NCBI GenBank assembly: GCA_045585835.1 | Contig: JAZMZG010000013.1 | Location: 6,835 to 70,834, forward strand | DNA length: 64,000 nucleotides | Source of the DNA: Eubacteriales bacterium | GTDB lineage: Bacteria > Bacillota > Clostridia > Oscillospirales > CAG-272 | Direction of reading: 5' to 3' | Shown here: positions 10,700-19,921 of the stretch, in pieces | Layout: each line of letters starts with the position of its first letter | Position numbering within the stretch: the stretch's first letter is position 1 | Position numbers and translations under genes: made by a program | The notes under the pieces: generated by a model | Seen by the model: the letters and a program-made list of their open reading frames with translations, nothing else | Databases searched by the model: none | Told to the model about the DNA's origin: nothing

Positions 10700-12463
10700 T
10701 TACGCTCTTTCTTTTATCTCGCTTGTTATCTTTGCGACGAAATCGTCAAGGCTCATCGTCTGCGTTTCGGTGTTATCGCGGCAACGTACGGAAACCGTAC
10801 CTTCCTCAGCCTCCTTTTGACCGAGAACGAGCATATAGGGAACACGTCCCACTACCTGCGCTTCTCTTATGAGATAGCCGACCTTTTCGTTTCTGTCGTC
10901 AAGCTCTACTCTTACGTGCGCGTCGCGAAGTGCCTTGTAGACCTTCTCGCCGTATTCCTTATACTTGTCGGAAACGAGAATTACCTTCGCCTGAACGGGA
11001 GCAAGCCATACGGGGAATTTACCCGCAAAATGCTCGGTGAGTACGCCGATAAATCTTTCGATAGAGCCGAAGCAAACTCTGTGTACCATTATGGGACGCT
11101 TTCTTTCGCCGTTTTCGTCAATGTACTCAAGCTCGAAGTTTTGAGGCATCTGGAAGTCAAGCTGAATAGTACCGCACTGCCAGGTTCTTCCTATGGAGTC
11201 TTCGAGGTGGAAGTCGATCTTCGGACCGTAGAATGCGCCGTCGCCCTCGTTGATGATGTAGTTAAGTCCGAGCGTATCGAGTGCCGCTTTAAGTCCTTCG
11301 GTAGCCGCTTCCCAATCCTCATCGCTTCCCATACTGTTCTCGGGACGAGTTGAGAGCTCTACGAAATACTTGAATCCGAACTTCGTGTATACTTCGTTTA
11401 TGAGGTTAGCAACGCTTACTATCTCGCTTGTGATCTGCTCTCTTCTCATAAAGATATGAGCATCATCTTGCGTAAAGCAACGCACTCTGAAAAGTCCGTG
11501 CAAAGCGCCTTTAAGCTCATGACGGTGAACAAGACCGAGCTCACCTACTCGCATGGGAAGCTCTCTGTAGCTGTGGGGCGTGTTCTTGTAAACAAGAACT
11601 CCGCCGGGACAGTTCATGGGCTTCACGCAGAAGGTTTCTTCGTCGATTGTCGTGGAGTACATATTATCCTTGTAGTGATCCCAATGCCCGCTCGTTTCCC
11701 AAAGCTTGCGGTTCATAATGAGGGGAGTTGCGACCTCTACGTAGTTTTCTCTTGTGTGTATCTCTCTCCAATAGTCGATAAGTGCGTTCTTGATGACCAT
11801 ACCTTTGGGCAAGAAAAAGGGGAAGCCCGGAGCCTCGTCGCCGAACATAAAAAGTCCCATTTCCTTACCTATACGTCTGTGGTCACGCTTTTCCGCTTCT
11901 TCAAGGAGCTTCATATAGTCATCAAGCTCTTGCTGTGATTTGAATGCAGTGCCCTTGATACGTGTAAGCATTTTGTTGTTCTTGTCGTTTTTCCAATATG
12001 CACCGGATTGGTCCATTATCTTAAACGCCTTGAGAGCCTTTGTATAGCAGAGGTGTGGGCCGACGCACATATCGATGTATTCACCCTGCTGATAAAAACT
12101 TATCTCTGCATCTTCCGCAAGGTCGCCTATATGCTCGACCTTGTATTTTTCTCCTCTTTCCTCCATAAGCTTGATAGCTTCATCTCGGGGAAGAATAAAA
12201 GCTTTGATGGGGAGATTTTCCTTAACTATCTTCTTCATTTCGTTTTCGATAGCTTGGAGGTCTTCATCGGTAAGCTTCGTATCGCCGAGGTCTACGTCGT
12301 AGTAAAAGCCTTTTTCGTTTGCGGGGCCGTAGGCAAAATCTGCGTGAGGAAAGAGCCTTTTTATTGCCTGAGCCATTGTGTGTGCGGCAGTATGGCGAAG
12401 TATATGGAGCTCTTCTTCGGGAGCGCATTCACCGACTGATCCGTTTGGGTAAATAACTTTCAT
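10700..12463 (-). CDS. thrS: Threonine--tRNA ligase, short form lacking most of the TGS domain
   Basis: 587 aa. Editing-domain HxxxH (RHTAAH) is already at residues 24-28. Class II core and anticodon-binding domain are present. A T-box leader lies upstream. Confidence 0.95.
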   Translation of the reverse strand: MKVIYPNGSVGECAPEEELHILRHTAAHTMAQAIKRLFPHADFAYGPANEKGFYYDVDLGDTKLTDEDLQAIENEMKKIVKENLPIKAFILPRDEAIKLMEERGEKYKVEHIGDLAEDAEISFYQQGEYIDMCVGPHLCYTKALKAFKIMDQSGAYWKNDKNNKMLTRIKGTAFKSQQELDDYMKLLEEAEKRDHRRIGKEMGLFMFGDEAPGFPFFLPKGMVIKNALIDYWREIHTRENYVEVATPLIMNRKLWETSGHWDHYKDNMYSTTIDEETFCVKPMNCPGGVLVYKNTPHSYRELPMRVGELGLVHRHELKGALHGLFRVRCFTQDDAHIFMRREQITSEIVSVANLINEVYTKFGFKYFVELSTRPENSMGSDEDWEAATEGLKAALDTLGLNYIINEGDGAFYGPKIDFHLEDSIGRTWQCGTIQLDFQMPQNFELEYIDENGERKRPIMVHRVCFGSIERFIGVLTEHFAGKFPVWLAPVQAKVILVSDKYKEYGEKVYKALRDAHVRVELDDRNEKVGYLIREAQVVGRVPYMLVLGQKEAEEGTVSVRCRDNTETQTMSLDDFVAKITSEIKERA

Positions 12464-12499
12464 TTCGTTTCTCCTTTATGTGATGTATTTATTTTAAAA

Positions 12500-12725
12500 A
12501 TAAAAAAACACCCTTTACGGCTTTTTGCCGTCAAGGGTGCATAACGCACGGTTCCACCTTGAGTTTTAACTCGTTGATCTTTAACGCAGAAAACGCCGCA
12601 ACATACTTTATTTCCGTCACGGAGCTCGGAAGCGGTGTTCACCGAATAAGCACAAAGAAGCTCTCATCAAACACTTCTCTTTCTGTGTATGCTAAAAGAC
12701 GGCTACTGTCTTCGTCAAAGCCTTT
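12500..12725 (-). promoter_or_regulatory. T-box riboswitch leader of thrS (probable ACC Thr specifier)
   Basis: The minus strand carries the T-box core AAGGTGGAACCGTGCG (fwd 12545..12558). It overlaps a terminator (caccctt...aagggtg plus T-run, fwd 12502..12539). Candidate specifier GAAC-ACC-G has ACC at fwd 12634..12636. Confidence 0.85.
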
Positions 12726-12730
12726 AGATA

Positions 12731-12759
12731 AATATATCACGGAAGGGGCAAAAAGTCAA
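12731..12759 (-). promoter_or_regulatory. Sigma-A-type promoter of the thrS leader
   Basis: Minus strand TTGACT, 17 nt, TATATT. Confidence 0.65.
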
Positions 12760-12777
12760 CGGTAAAACCTTAATTTT

Positions 12778-13338
12778 TTAAAATATTCCGTCGTTTTTTA
12801 AAAAGGTAAGCGAAAAAAGATAGATTGCAAGAAACATTACCGATGCATTATACCGAGTGACTGCGAGTGCAAAAACTGCCGCTGCAAGTAGTATAACGGT
12901 GCCCGCAATATCTGTGATACGGCATATTTTCTCGCATTTGACAATATCAAAAGCATTTACCAATACGGGATATATTATCCCTCTCCCGTCAAAAGAGGAA
13001 AAGGGTAGAAGATTTATAATACATAGCACAAGGCTGATTACAGCGCAGGCAGGATATACTGTGCGAAGCATTATGTAAAGAAGAAAACTCCCGAGCGGCC
13101 CTGCCGAAGAAACCATTTGCTGCTTTTTATAGCTTAATGCGCCCTTTACGTTTATGCAAAGACCGCTTGCTCCGAATGTGATATCTTCGATATCCTCGCC
13201 TAAAGCAAGTAAGGCGGCTATATGGCACAGCTCGTGAAAAAATATGGGCAAAAGGTAATTTACGGGATTTTCTTTTGCTATGATAAAAAGTCCCGTAAGC
13301 CATAATGCGCACGATGGGTGTATACGGACCTTATTCAA
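12778..13338 (-). CDS. Small site-2-protease (peptidase M50) family membrane protein
   Basis: HELCH (HExxH) in a TM segment and NLLPFSSFDG (NxxPxxxxDG) motif. TTG start is preceded by GAGGTG. Confidence 0.65.
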   Translation of the reverse strand: MNKVRIHPSCALWLTGLFIIAKENPVNYLLPIFFHELCHIAALLALGEDIEDITFGASGLCINVKGALSYKKQQMVSSAGPLGSFLLYIMLRTVYPACAVISLVLCIINLLPFSSFDGRGIIYPVLVNAFDIVKCEKICRITDIAGTVILLAAAVFALAVTRYNASVMFLAIYLFSLTFLKNDGIF

Positions 13339-13380
13339 ATTTACACCTCAAAATATATATAACTTTGTATTCTTTATTTA

Positions 13381-13409
13381 TTGCAAAACGTGTTCTTTTA
13401 TGCTATAAT
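13381..13409 (+). promoter_or_regulatory. Sigma-A-type promoter of the ACT/UPF0210 operon
   Basis: TTGCAA, 17 nt, TATAAT. Confidence 0.6.
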
Positions 13410-13448
13410 AGGAAAAATTATAATAATTTACACGTTCGGAGGAATAAT

Positions 13449-13718
13449 ATGAAAGCGGTTATTACTGTTACAGGTAAGGACACACCGGGAATTGTTGCGA
13501 AGGTATCGGGCTATTGCTTTGAATACGGCGGAAACATTCTCGATGTCTCTCAAAGTCTTTTGCAGGAGTATTTTGCGATGATAACGCTTGTTGACGTTTC
13601 AAATCTTACGATTCCGTTTACGGAATTCGTCGACAAGCTTACAGAGCTCGGAAAGAAAGAAAATCTTCAAATTACGACGATGCACGAAGATATCTTTAAT
13701 TCAATGCATAGAATTTGA
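13449..13718 (+). CDS. ACT-domain protein (UPF0237 family)
   Basis: 89 aa, [28 protein letters not shown]. Conserved partner of the UPF0210 gene that follows. Confidence 0.8.
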   Translation: MKAVITVTGKDTPGIVAKVSGYCFEYGGNILDVSQSLLQEYFAMITLVDVSNLTIPFTEFVDKLTELGKKENLQITTMHEDIFNSMHRI

Positions 13719-13725
13719 GGTAGCT

Positions 13726-15090
13726 ATGATAAACACAAGAGATATACTTGAAACCATAAATATGATCCGTGAGGAAAAGCTCGATGTGCGCACCATAACG
13801 ATGGGTATTTCGCTTCTTGACTGTGCTTGCGGAGCAAGCGGAGCCGACGCCCTTGCGGATAGAATTTATGATAAGATAACCAAAAATGCCGAGAATTTAG
13901 TCAAGGTAGGATGTGATATCGAAAAGGAATACGGTATTCCGATCATAAATAAGCGTGTTTCCGTAACGCCTATATCAATGATAGGCGGCAATATCGGTAA
14001 AGACGGCTATGTAAAGCTTGCAAAGGCTCTTGATAAAGCGGCAAAAACACTCGGCATAAACTTTATAGGCGGTTTTTCGGCACTCGTGCAAAAAGGAATA
14101 ACTACCGGTGACAGACAGCTTATGTCTGCTATCCCCGAAGCACTTGCATCAACCGATTTCGTTTGCTCAAGCGTAAACGTAGGCTCGACAAAGACGGGTA
14201 TAAATGTCGATGCTATAAATATCTGCAGTAACGCCATAACCGAGCTTGCATCGCTTACGGCAGACAGAGATTCGATAGGCTGTGCAAAGTTTGTGGTATT
14301 TTGCAACGCTCCCGAGGATAATCCCTTTATGGCGGGTGCATTCCACGGAGCAGGTGAACCCGAAAAGGTAATAAACGTAGGCGTGTCGGGTCCCGGCGTT
14401 GTAAGAAGTGCTGTTGAAAGATTCGGCGACGGTGACCTTTCGGCGCTTGCCGACGTTATCAAGAAGACTGCGTTCAAGGTCACAAGAATGGGTCAGCTCG
14501 TAGCGGGCGAAGCGTCAAGGCGTCTTGATGTACCCTTCGGTATTATCGACCTTTCACTTGCACCCACCCCCGCAATAGGCGACTCCGTTGCGCATATCCT
14601 TGAAGCTATGGGCGTTGAGGTCTGCGGAGCGCACGGTACGACAGCAGCTCTTGCCATGCTCAACGACGCCGTTAAAAAGGGCGGCGCTATGGCGTCCTCG
14701 CACGTGGGCGGACTTTCCGGTGCTTTTATACCCGTATCCGAGGATCAGGGTATGATAGACGCCGTAACTTGCGGTGCGCTTTCGATCGAAAAGCTCGAGG
14801 CTATGACCTGTGTTTCGTCCGTAGGACTTGATATGATAGCGATTCCCGGCGATACTCCCGCAACGACTATAGCGGGTATAATCGCAGACGAAGCGGCAAT
14901 AGGTATGATAAACTCAAAAACAACAGCTGTAAGAGTTATTCCTGCTTACGGTAAAAAAGAGGGTGAGATAGTCAACTTCGGCGGACTTCTCGGCTATGCA
15001 CCCGTAATTAAGGTCAGCTCTTTCGGCAGTGACAAATTCGTGCTTCGCGGCGGAAGAATTCCCGCACCGATATATTCGATGCGAAATTAA
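13726..15090 (+). CDS. UPF0210 (DUF711/PFL_2-like) family protein
   Basis: 454 aa. N-terminus [27 protein letters not shown] is typical of the family. SD GAGG precedes ATG 13726. Confidence 0.8.
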   Translation: MINTRDILETINMIREEKLDVRTITMGISLLDCACGASGADALADRIYDKITKNAENLVKVGCDIEKEYGIPIINKRVSVTPISMIGGNIGKDGYVKLAKALDKAAKTLGINFIGGFSALVQKGITTGDRQLMSAIPEALASTDFVCSSVNVGSTKTGINVDAINICSNAITELASLTADRDSIGCAKFVVFCNAPEDNPFMAGAFHGAGEPEKVINVGVSGPGVVRSAVERFGDGDLSALADVIKKTAFKVTRMGQLVAGEASRRLDVPFGIIDLSLAPTPAIGDSVAHILEAMGVEVCGAHGTTAALAMLNDAVKKGGAMASSHVGGLSGAFIPVSEDQGMIDAVTCGALSIEKLEAMTCVSSVGLDMIAIPGDTPATTIAGIIADEAAIGMINSKTTAVRVIPAYGKKEGEIVNFGGLLGYAPVIKVSSFGSDKFVLRGGRIPAPIYSMRN

Positions 15091-15112
15091 AATTTGAGAG
15101 GACATTAACGAA

Positions 15113-16447
15113 ATGGCTGTAACGCTCAATGAAAAGTATCTTAATGCATTTATTTCCGACAATGAAATGGAAGTAATGCTTGAAAAAGCAAAAAACGCAC
15201 ACAAGGCGCTCTATGACGGAAACGGTGCGGGAAGTGACTATACAGGTTGGGTATATCAGCCCGAAAATTTTGATTTTAATGAGATAACCCGTGTTAAAAT
15301 CGCAGCGGATAAGATAGCTTGCAACTGTGACGTATTCATCGTTATAGGCATAGGCGGCTCGTATCTCGGCGCTGCCGCCGCTATAGATTTTTTAAAGAGC
15401 CCCTTCTACAATAATTTGGAAAAGAGAACGCCCGATATTTATTTTGCGGGTTGCAATATAAATGCAAGCTATTTGACACAGCTTCTTGAGATATGTAAGG
15501 GCAAAGACGTTTGCATAAACGTTATCTCAAAGTCGGGAACGACTACCGAACCCGCTCTTGCGTTCAGAATATTCAAACAGCTTTTAGAGGAAAAATACGG
15601 CAAAGACGGCGCAAAAGAAAGAATTTTTGCGACCACGGATAAAGAGAAGGGCACCTTAAAGGCTCTTGCGGACGAAGAAGGCTATGAGAGCTTTGTTATA
15701 CCCGACGATATAGGTGGCAGATACTCGGTGCTTACCGCAGTCGGACTTCTTCCTCTTGCGGTAGCGGGGATAGATATTGATGCGCTTTTATCGGGTGCGG
15801 CGTCGGCTTTTTCCGACATCAAGAGCTATTCAAAAACGAATCCCGCAGTACGATATGCGGCCATTAGAAACGCTCTTGCGGCAAAAGGCAAGAGCATAGA
15901 GGTATTTGCAAGTGCCGAAAGCTCATACCGAATGATGAATGAATGGTTAAAACAGCTTTTCGGCGAAAGCGAGGGCAAGGACGGAAAGGGAATATTCCCC
16001 GCAAGCGTGATTTATTCCACCGACCTTCACTCAATGGGGCAGTATATTCAAGACGGTCAAAGAATAATTTTTGAGACGCTTGTTGATATAAAGGATACCG
16101 GATGTAAAATGAGATTTCCCGTATCCGATTCAAACGGCGACGGGCTCGGATTTTTGGAAAATAAGCTCATTGACGAGATAAACTCAAGTATGATAATCGC
16201 CGCCGCAACGGCACATACGCAGGGCGGTGTGCCTGTGACGATAATCGAGCTTGAAAAACAAGATGCGTACAGTCTCGGATATCTTATATACTTCTTCTTC
16301 GCATCTTGCGGAATTTCCGGATATATTTCGGGTGTAAATCCCTTTGACCAACCCGGAGTTGAGGCATATAAAAAGAATATGTTTGCTTTGCTCGGAAAAC
16401 CCGGTTACGAACAACTTGCAAAAGAGCTTGAAGCAAAATTAAAATAA
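15113..16447 (+). CDS. pgi: Glucose-6-phosphate isomerase
   Basis: 444 aa, Firmicute-type PGI motifs GIGGSYLG, DDIGGRYSVLTAVGLLP and FGESEGK. Confidence 0.93.
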   Translation: MAVTLNEKYLNAFISDNEMEVMLEKAKNAHKALYDGNGAGSDYTGWVYQPENFDFNEITRVKIAADKIACNCDVFIVIGIGGSYLGAAAAIDFLKSPFYNNLEKRTPDIYFAGCNINASYLTQLLEICKGKDVCINVISKSGTTTEPALAFRIFKQLLEEKYGKDGAKERIFATTDKEKGTLKALADEEGYESFVIPDDIGGRYSVLTAVGLLPLAVAGIDIDALLSGAASAFSDIKSYSKTNPAVRYAAIRNALAAKGKSIEVFASAESSYRMMNEWLKQLFGESEGKDGKGIFPASVIYSTDLHSMGQYIQDGQRIIFETLVDIKDTGCKMRFPVSDSNGDGLGFLENKLIDEINSSMIIAAATAHTQGGVPVTIIELEKQDAYSLGYLIYFFFASCGISGYISGVNPFDQPGVEAYKKNMFALLGKPGYEQLAKELEAKLK

Positions 16448-16470
16448 TTTTCAAAATAGCGTAAAACCTA

Positions 16471-16498
16471 TTGAAATTTTTGCAAAATAGTGTATAAT
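16471..16498 (+). promoter_or_regulatory. Sigma-A-type promoter (extended -10) of the mini P-loop gene
   Basis: TTGAAA, 16 nt ending in TG, TATAAT. Confidence 0.6.
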
Positions 16499-16535
16499 AT
16501 AATCAGAGATAAAAATTTTTATATGGAGGTTTCCT

Positions 16536-16943
16536 ATGATTAAATTGATGGTTGGCGAACGTGGCACGGGTAAAACGAAGACACTTATCGAAAACGTGAA
16601 CAAGGCATCTTCCGCATCTAACGGACAGGTAGTTTGTCTTGAATGGGGAGATAAGCTTCGCTTTGACGTAAGTTGCCATGTCAGACTTATAGATGCTGAG
16701 GAGTACGGAATTTCTACTGCTGAAAAGCTTTACGGCTTTTTGACGGGAATCCTTGCTTCTAACTATGACGTGACGGATCTCTTTATCGATTCCGCACTCA
16801 AAATGTGCGAAGATCAAAAAGCATTGGCTCTTGTTTTGGAGAAGGTTGCTCCCATGCTTGAGAGCCATAAAGTGAATTCGTTTGTAACAATCTCACTTCC
16901 CGCACAAGATCTTATTGCAGAGCTTCAAGGATATACAAAATAA
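16536..16943 (+). CDS. Small (135 aa) P-loop protein of unknown function
   Basis: Walker A GERGTGKT near the N-terminus and a possible Walker B LFID. It has its own promoter, SD (GGAGG) and terminator. Confidence 0.6.
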   Translation: MIKLMVGERGTGKTKTLIENVNKASSASNGQVVCLEWGDKLRFDVSCHVRLIDAEEYGISTAEKLYGFLTGILASNYDVTDLFIDSALKMCEDQKALALVLEKVAPMLESHKVNSFVTISLPAQDLIAELQGYTK

Positions 16944-16960
16944 TTTCGGAATACATAAAC

Positions 16961-16997
16961 GTCCCTCGCTTTAAAAGGCGGGGGACCTTTTATTTTT
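16961..16997 (+). terminator. Rho-independent terminator
   Basis: Stem gtccctcgc/gcgggggac (one G-U pair) followed by cttttattttt. Confidence 0.8.
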
Positions 16998-17031
16998 GAA
17001 ACAAATATTCCAAAAAAGCAATTATTTTTTC

Positions 17032-17060
17032 TTGCATTTTGAAAACATTTGTGTTATAAT
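17032..17060 (+). promoter_or_regulatory. Sigma-A-type promoter (extended -10) upstream of the RHH gene and rbfA
   Basis: TTGCAT, 17 nt (tgt), TATAAT. Confidence 0.6.
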
Positions 17061-17096
17061 AACCTTGTAATTTTAAATAACCAAAGGAGAAATAAT

Positions 17097-17306
17097 ATGT
17101 TAAAGATAGCAAAAGGATACGATGCCGTAAGCAAGACCTTCCGTCTTCCCGAACAGCAGGTAAGAGCATTGGAAGCTATCGCCGACGAGCATAAGATATC
17201 TTTAAATAAGCTTGTCGTTCAATGTCTTCAGTATGCTCTTGAGAATATCGTGACGGAGGTTGACGTACCTTCAATGAGCTTTGAGGCGGAGCTTTCCGAG
17301 AAATAA
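17097..17306 (+). CDS. Ribbon-helix-helix (Arc/CopG-like) small protein
   Basis: 69 aa. The pattern KTFRLPEQQVRALEAIADEHKISLNKLVVQCLQYAL fits a beta-strand plus two helices. SD AAAGGAG lies 7 nt before ATG 17097. Confidence 0.55.
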   Translation: MLKIAKGYDAVSKTFRLPEQQVRALEAIADEHKISLNKLVVQCLQYALENIVTEVDVPSMSFEAELSEK

Positions 17307-17325
17307 GTTAAGGAGAAAGCAAACG

Positions 17326-17682
17326 ATGAATCCCAAAATCAACAGAATAAACGAGGAGATATCCAAGGAGCTTTGTATGATACTTCGCAGCGTAAAAGAT
17401 CCGAGGGTATCCTCGGCGTTTATAAGTATAACAAACGTCGATACCACTCCCGACCTTAAATTTTGCAAGGTGTACTACAGCACTATCGGCTCTACCGATC
17501 CCGATCTTTCCAAAGGTATTAAGAGCGCTATCGGTTATATCAGAAGAGAACTTGCTCACAGACTTAATTTAAGGAACACACCGGAGCTTAAATTTATTGC
17601 CGATGAGTCTATGGATAAGGGTGCGCACATAACGAAGCTCATCAATTCCATTTCATCGGATAACAATGGTGACGAGAATTGA
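17326..17682 (+). CDS. rbfA: Ribosome-binding factor A
   Basis: 118 aa, RINEEISKELCMILR...DPRV...ITNVDTTPDLKFCKVYYS. SD AAGGAG. Confidence 0.9.
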   Translation: MNPKINRINEEISKELCMILRSVKDPRVSSAFISITNVDTTPDLKFCKVYYSTIGSTDPDLSKGIKSAIGYIRRELAHRLNLRNTPELKFIADESMDKGAHITKLINSISSDNNGDEN

Positions 17683-18632
17683 AGAGATCTATTGGATTAA
17701 GGAAAGCGGCACAGATATTGCTTGATGCCGACGATATAGTTATTTTTACGCATTTTCGCCCCGATTTTGACACGATAGGAAGCGCAAAAGCGCTTGAATA
17801 TGCTTTGCGTAAGCTTGGTAAGAAAGCGGGATTTGTGTGCTCGGACGAGTTGAGCGAGCGCTTTTTACTTATATGCGACGAGCTTAAAACCGAGATACCG
17901 TCTTATGCAAAGGTTGCAGTTTGCGTTGATATGGCAACCGACGTAATGCTCGGGAAATACAGAGAAGAATATAAGGATAAGATACTTCTTTCCATTGATC
18001 ACCATGCTATGAGCTTACCTTATGCGAAATATACGTTTTGCAGACATGATGCTTCGGCGACGGGAGAGCTTATTTTTGATCTGTGTAAAGCTATGGGAGT
18101 AAAGCAAGACAAAATTCTTGCAAAATATTTGTATTGCGCAATTTCCTCCGACAGCGGATGCTTTAAGTTCGGAAACACCACTTCAAAAACTCATAGGCTT
18201 GCCGCAGAACTTTTAAAGCAGGATATCAACCCCGCTTATTTAAACAGAATGATACACGACAGAAAAAGCCCCGAGCTTCTTGCACTTGAAGCACTTGCCC
18301 TTTCTTCTTTAAGCTTTCACGCCGACGGCAAAATCGCCGTCATGGCAGTCACATCGGATATGTGCAAAAAAGCGGGTGCGGATATAACCGAAATCGACGC
18401 ACTCGTTCAGCTTCCGAGAACAATAGATGGGGTAGAGGTAGGAATTACGTTAAAGCAGATAGACGAAGACAACTTCAAGGTGTCGGTCAGAAGTAACGAT
18501 TATTTTGATGCAACTCGTCTTGCGTCTATTTACGGTGGCGGAGGACACGTAAGGGCTGCAGGATTTTGTGTCAGCGGGGAAGCGGAAGCTTTAAGAAATG
18601 AAATTGCCGCAAAAACGGAGGAACTTCTATGA
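17679..18632 (+). CDS. nrnA: DHH-family phosphoesterase (NrnA-like oligoribonuclease/pAp phosphatase)
   Basis: HFRPDFDTIGS, SIDHH and C-terminal GGGGH (DHHA1) motifs. The start overlaps the rbfA stop. Confidence 0.85.
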   Translation: MKRSIGLRKAAQILLDADDIVIFTHFRPDFDTIGSAKALEYALRKLGKKAGFVCSDELSERFLLICDELKTEIPSYAKVAVCVDMATDVMLGKYREEYKDKILLSIDHHAMSLPYAKYTFCRHDASATGELIFDLCKAMGVKQDKILAKYLYCAISSDSGCFKFGNTTSKTHRLAAELLKQDINPAYLNRMIHDRKSPELLALEALALSSLSFHADGKIAVMAVTSDMCKKAGADITEIDALVQLPRTIDGVEVGITLKQIDEDNFKVSVRSNDYFDATRLASIYGGGGHVRAAGFCVSGEAEALRNEIAAKTEELL

Positions 18633-19519
18633 ACGGTGCGCTTATTTTGAATAAGCCGGAAGGGATAACTTCTCAAGGCGCCGTCAATGTTGTGAGAAAA
18701 ATCTTCGGAACACGCAAGGTAGGTCATACGGGAACGCTTGACCCAATGGCGACGGGAGTTTTGACGGTTCTCGTCGGTAATGCAGTCAAAGCGTCCGAGC
18801 TTCTTTTGAGCGTAGAAAAATCATATACCGCAACGCTGAAGCTTGGTATAACGACCGATACGCAGGACATATGGGGAGAGATTCTTTCAACACACGAGGG
18901 AACACTTCCGAGCTTTGAAAAGCTTTGCGCAGTGCTTGAAAATTTCAAAGGGGCTATACAGCAGGTGCCGCCTATGTATTCGGCGCTCAAACGTGACGGA
19001 GTGAAGCTTTGTGACCTCGCAAGAAAAGGTATAGATATCGAGCTTGAGCCCCGCCCGGTGACGATATTTTCGCTTGATGCGGAAAAATGTGATACAGAGG
19101 GCGAATTTTTACTTCACGTGCGTTGCTCAAAAGGCACTTATATAAGAACGCTTTGCCACGATATAGGGCAAGCGCTCGGTTGCGGCGGCGTGATGAAATC
19201 GCTTTGCCGTACCTCTAACGGTGCTTTCAGTATAAGCGAAGCTGTATCACTTGATGAGATTCGTGCATCCGAGTCGCCGGAAGTATATCTGATACCTACG
19301 GATAAGCTTTTCGAAAACTGCTCTGAGGTCAGACTTTCCGAGTTTTTCTCAAAGCTTGCGAAGTGCGGTAATGAGATATACACAAAAAAGATAGGCATAG
19401 AAGCCGAAGTAGGCGAAATATTCCGCACTTATGACAGCGAAGGTCGCTTTTTTGCATTGACACAATGCAGGGAATACGAAAGCGGAATGGCACTTGCGAA
19501 TTTAAGAATGTTTTTATGA
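18629..19519 (+). CDS. truB: tRNA pseudouridine(55) synthase
   Basis: GHTGTLDPMATGVL catalytic motif. ATGA overlap with nrnA. Confidence 0.95.
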   Translation: MNGALILNKPEGITSQGAVNVVRKIFGTRKVGHTGTLDPMATGVLTVLVGNAVKASELLLSVEKSYTATLKLGITTDTQDIWGEILSTHEGTLPSFEKLCAVLENFKGAIQQVPPMYSALKRDGVKLCDLARKGIDIELEPRPVTIFSLDAEKCDTEGEFLLHVRCSKGTYIRTLCHDIGQALGCGGVMKSLCRTSNGAFSISEAVSLDEIRASESPEVYLIPTDKLFENCSEVRLSEFFSKLAKCGNEIYTKKIGIEAEVGEIFRTYDSEGRFFALTQCREYESGMALANLRMFL

Positions 19520-19562
19520 TTATTATATATAGTAAATAGTTTCAATTTTTATCAAAAAACTA

Positions 19563-19591
19563 TTGACAAGCCCCACGAATTGTGGTATATT
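19563..19591 (+). promoter_or_regulatory. Sigma-A-type promoter (extended -10) of rpmG-secE-nusG
   Basis: TTGACA, 17 nt ending tgg, TATATT. It leaves a roughly 150-nt leader before rpmG. Confidence 0.65.
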
Positions 19592-19745
19592 TGGTATACC
19601 TCTTTTTGTGGGTTCTTTTTTTATGGAATTTTTTGGAATGCATGAGTCCGTAAATTTCAAGGGAAAGAAAGCACAAAGCGCTGCGGCGCAAGGAGGAAGG
19701 CAACCGCACGATATGTGCAAATAAATTTACTCAGGAGGTGCCGAA

Positions 19746-19907
19746 ATGAAATCCAATACAAGAGTTCGTGTAACTCTCGCATGCACAGAATGCAGCCAGA
19801 GAAACTACGACACGGTCAAGAACAAGAAAAATGACCCTGATAGGCTTGAGCTTAACAAATATTGCAAATTCTGCCGTAAGCACACGCCTCACAAGGAAAC
19901 AAAGTGA
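19746..19907 (+). CDS. rpmG: 50S ribosomal protein L33 (not in the ORF track, 53 aa)
   Basis: My translation is [53 protein letters not shown], the CxxC...CxxC L33 pattern. SD AGGAGG. Conserved position before secE. Confidence 0.93.
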   Translation: MKSNTRVRVTLACTECSQRNYDTVKNKKNDPDRLELNKYCKFCRKHTPHKETK

Positions 19908-19921
19908 TTAGGGGGACGGGT

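Noticed and set aside
10679-11353. 224-aa plus-strand ORF, with further ORFs at 11456..11938 and 12008..12439, antisense to thrS.
   Set aside because: They overlap a confidently identified aaRS gene. There are no translation signals, and the first ORF starts inside the bidirectional terminator hairpin.
12460-12765. Two ~60-aa ORFs (12460..12642 minus, 12559..12765 plus) upstream of thrS.
   Set aside because: The region is fully explained by the T-box leader RNA (T-box core, terminator, promoter). The ORFs lack SDs.
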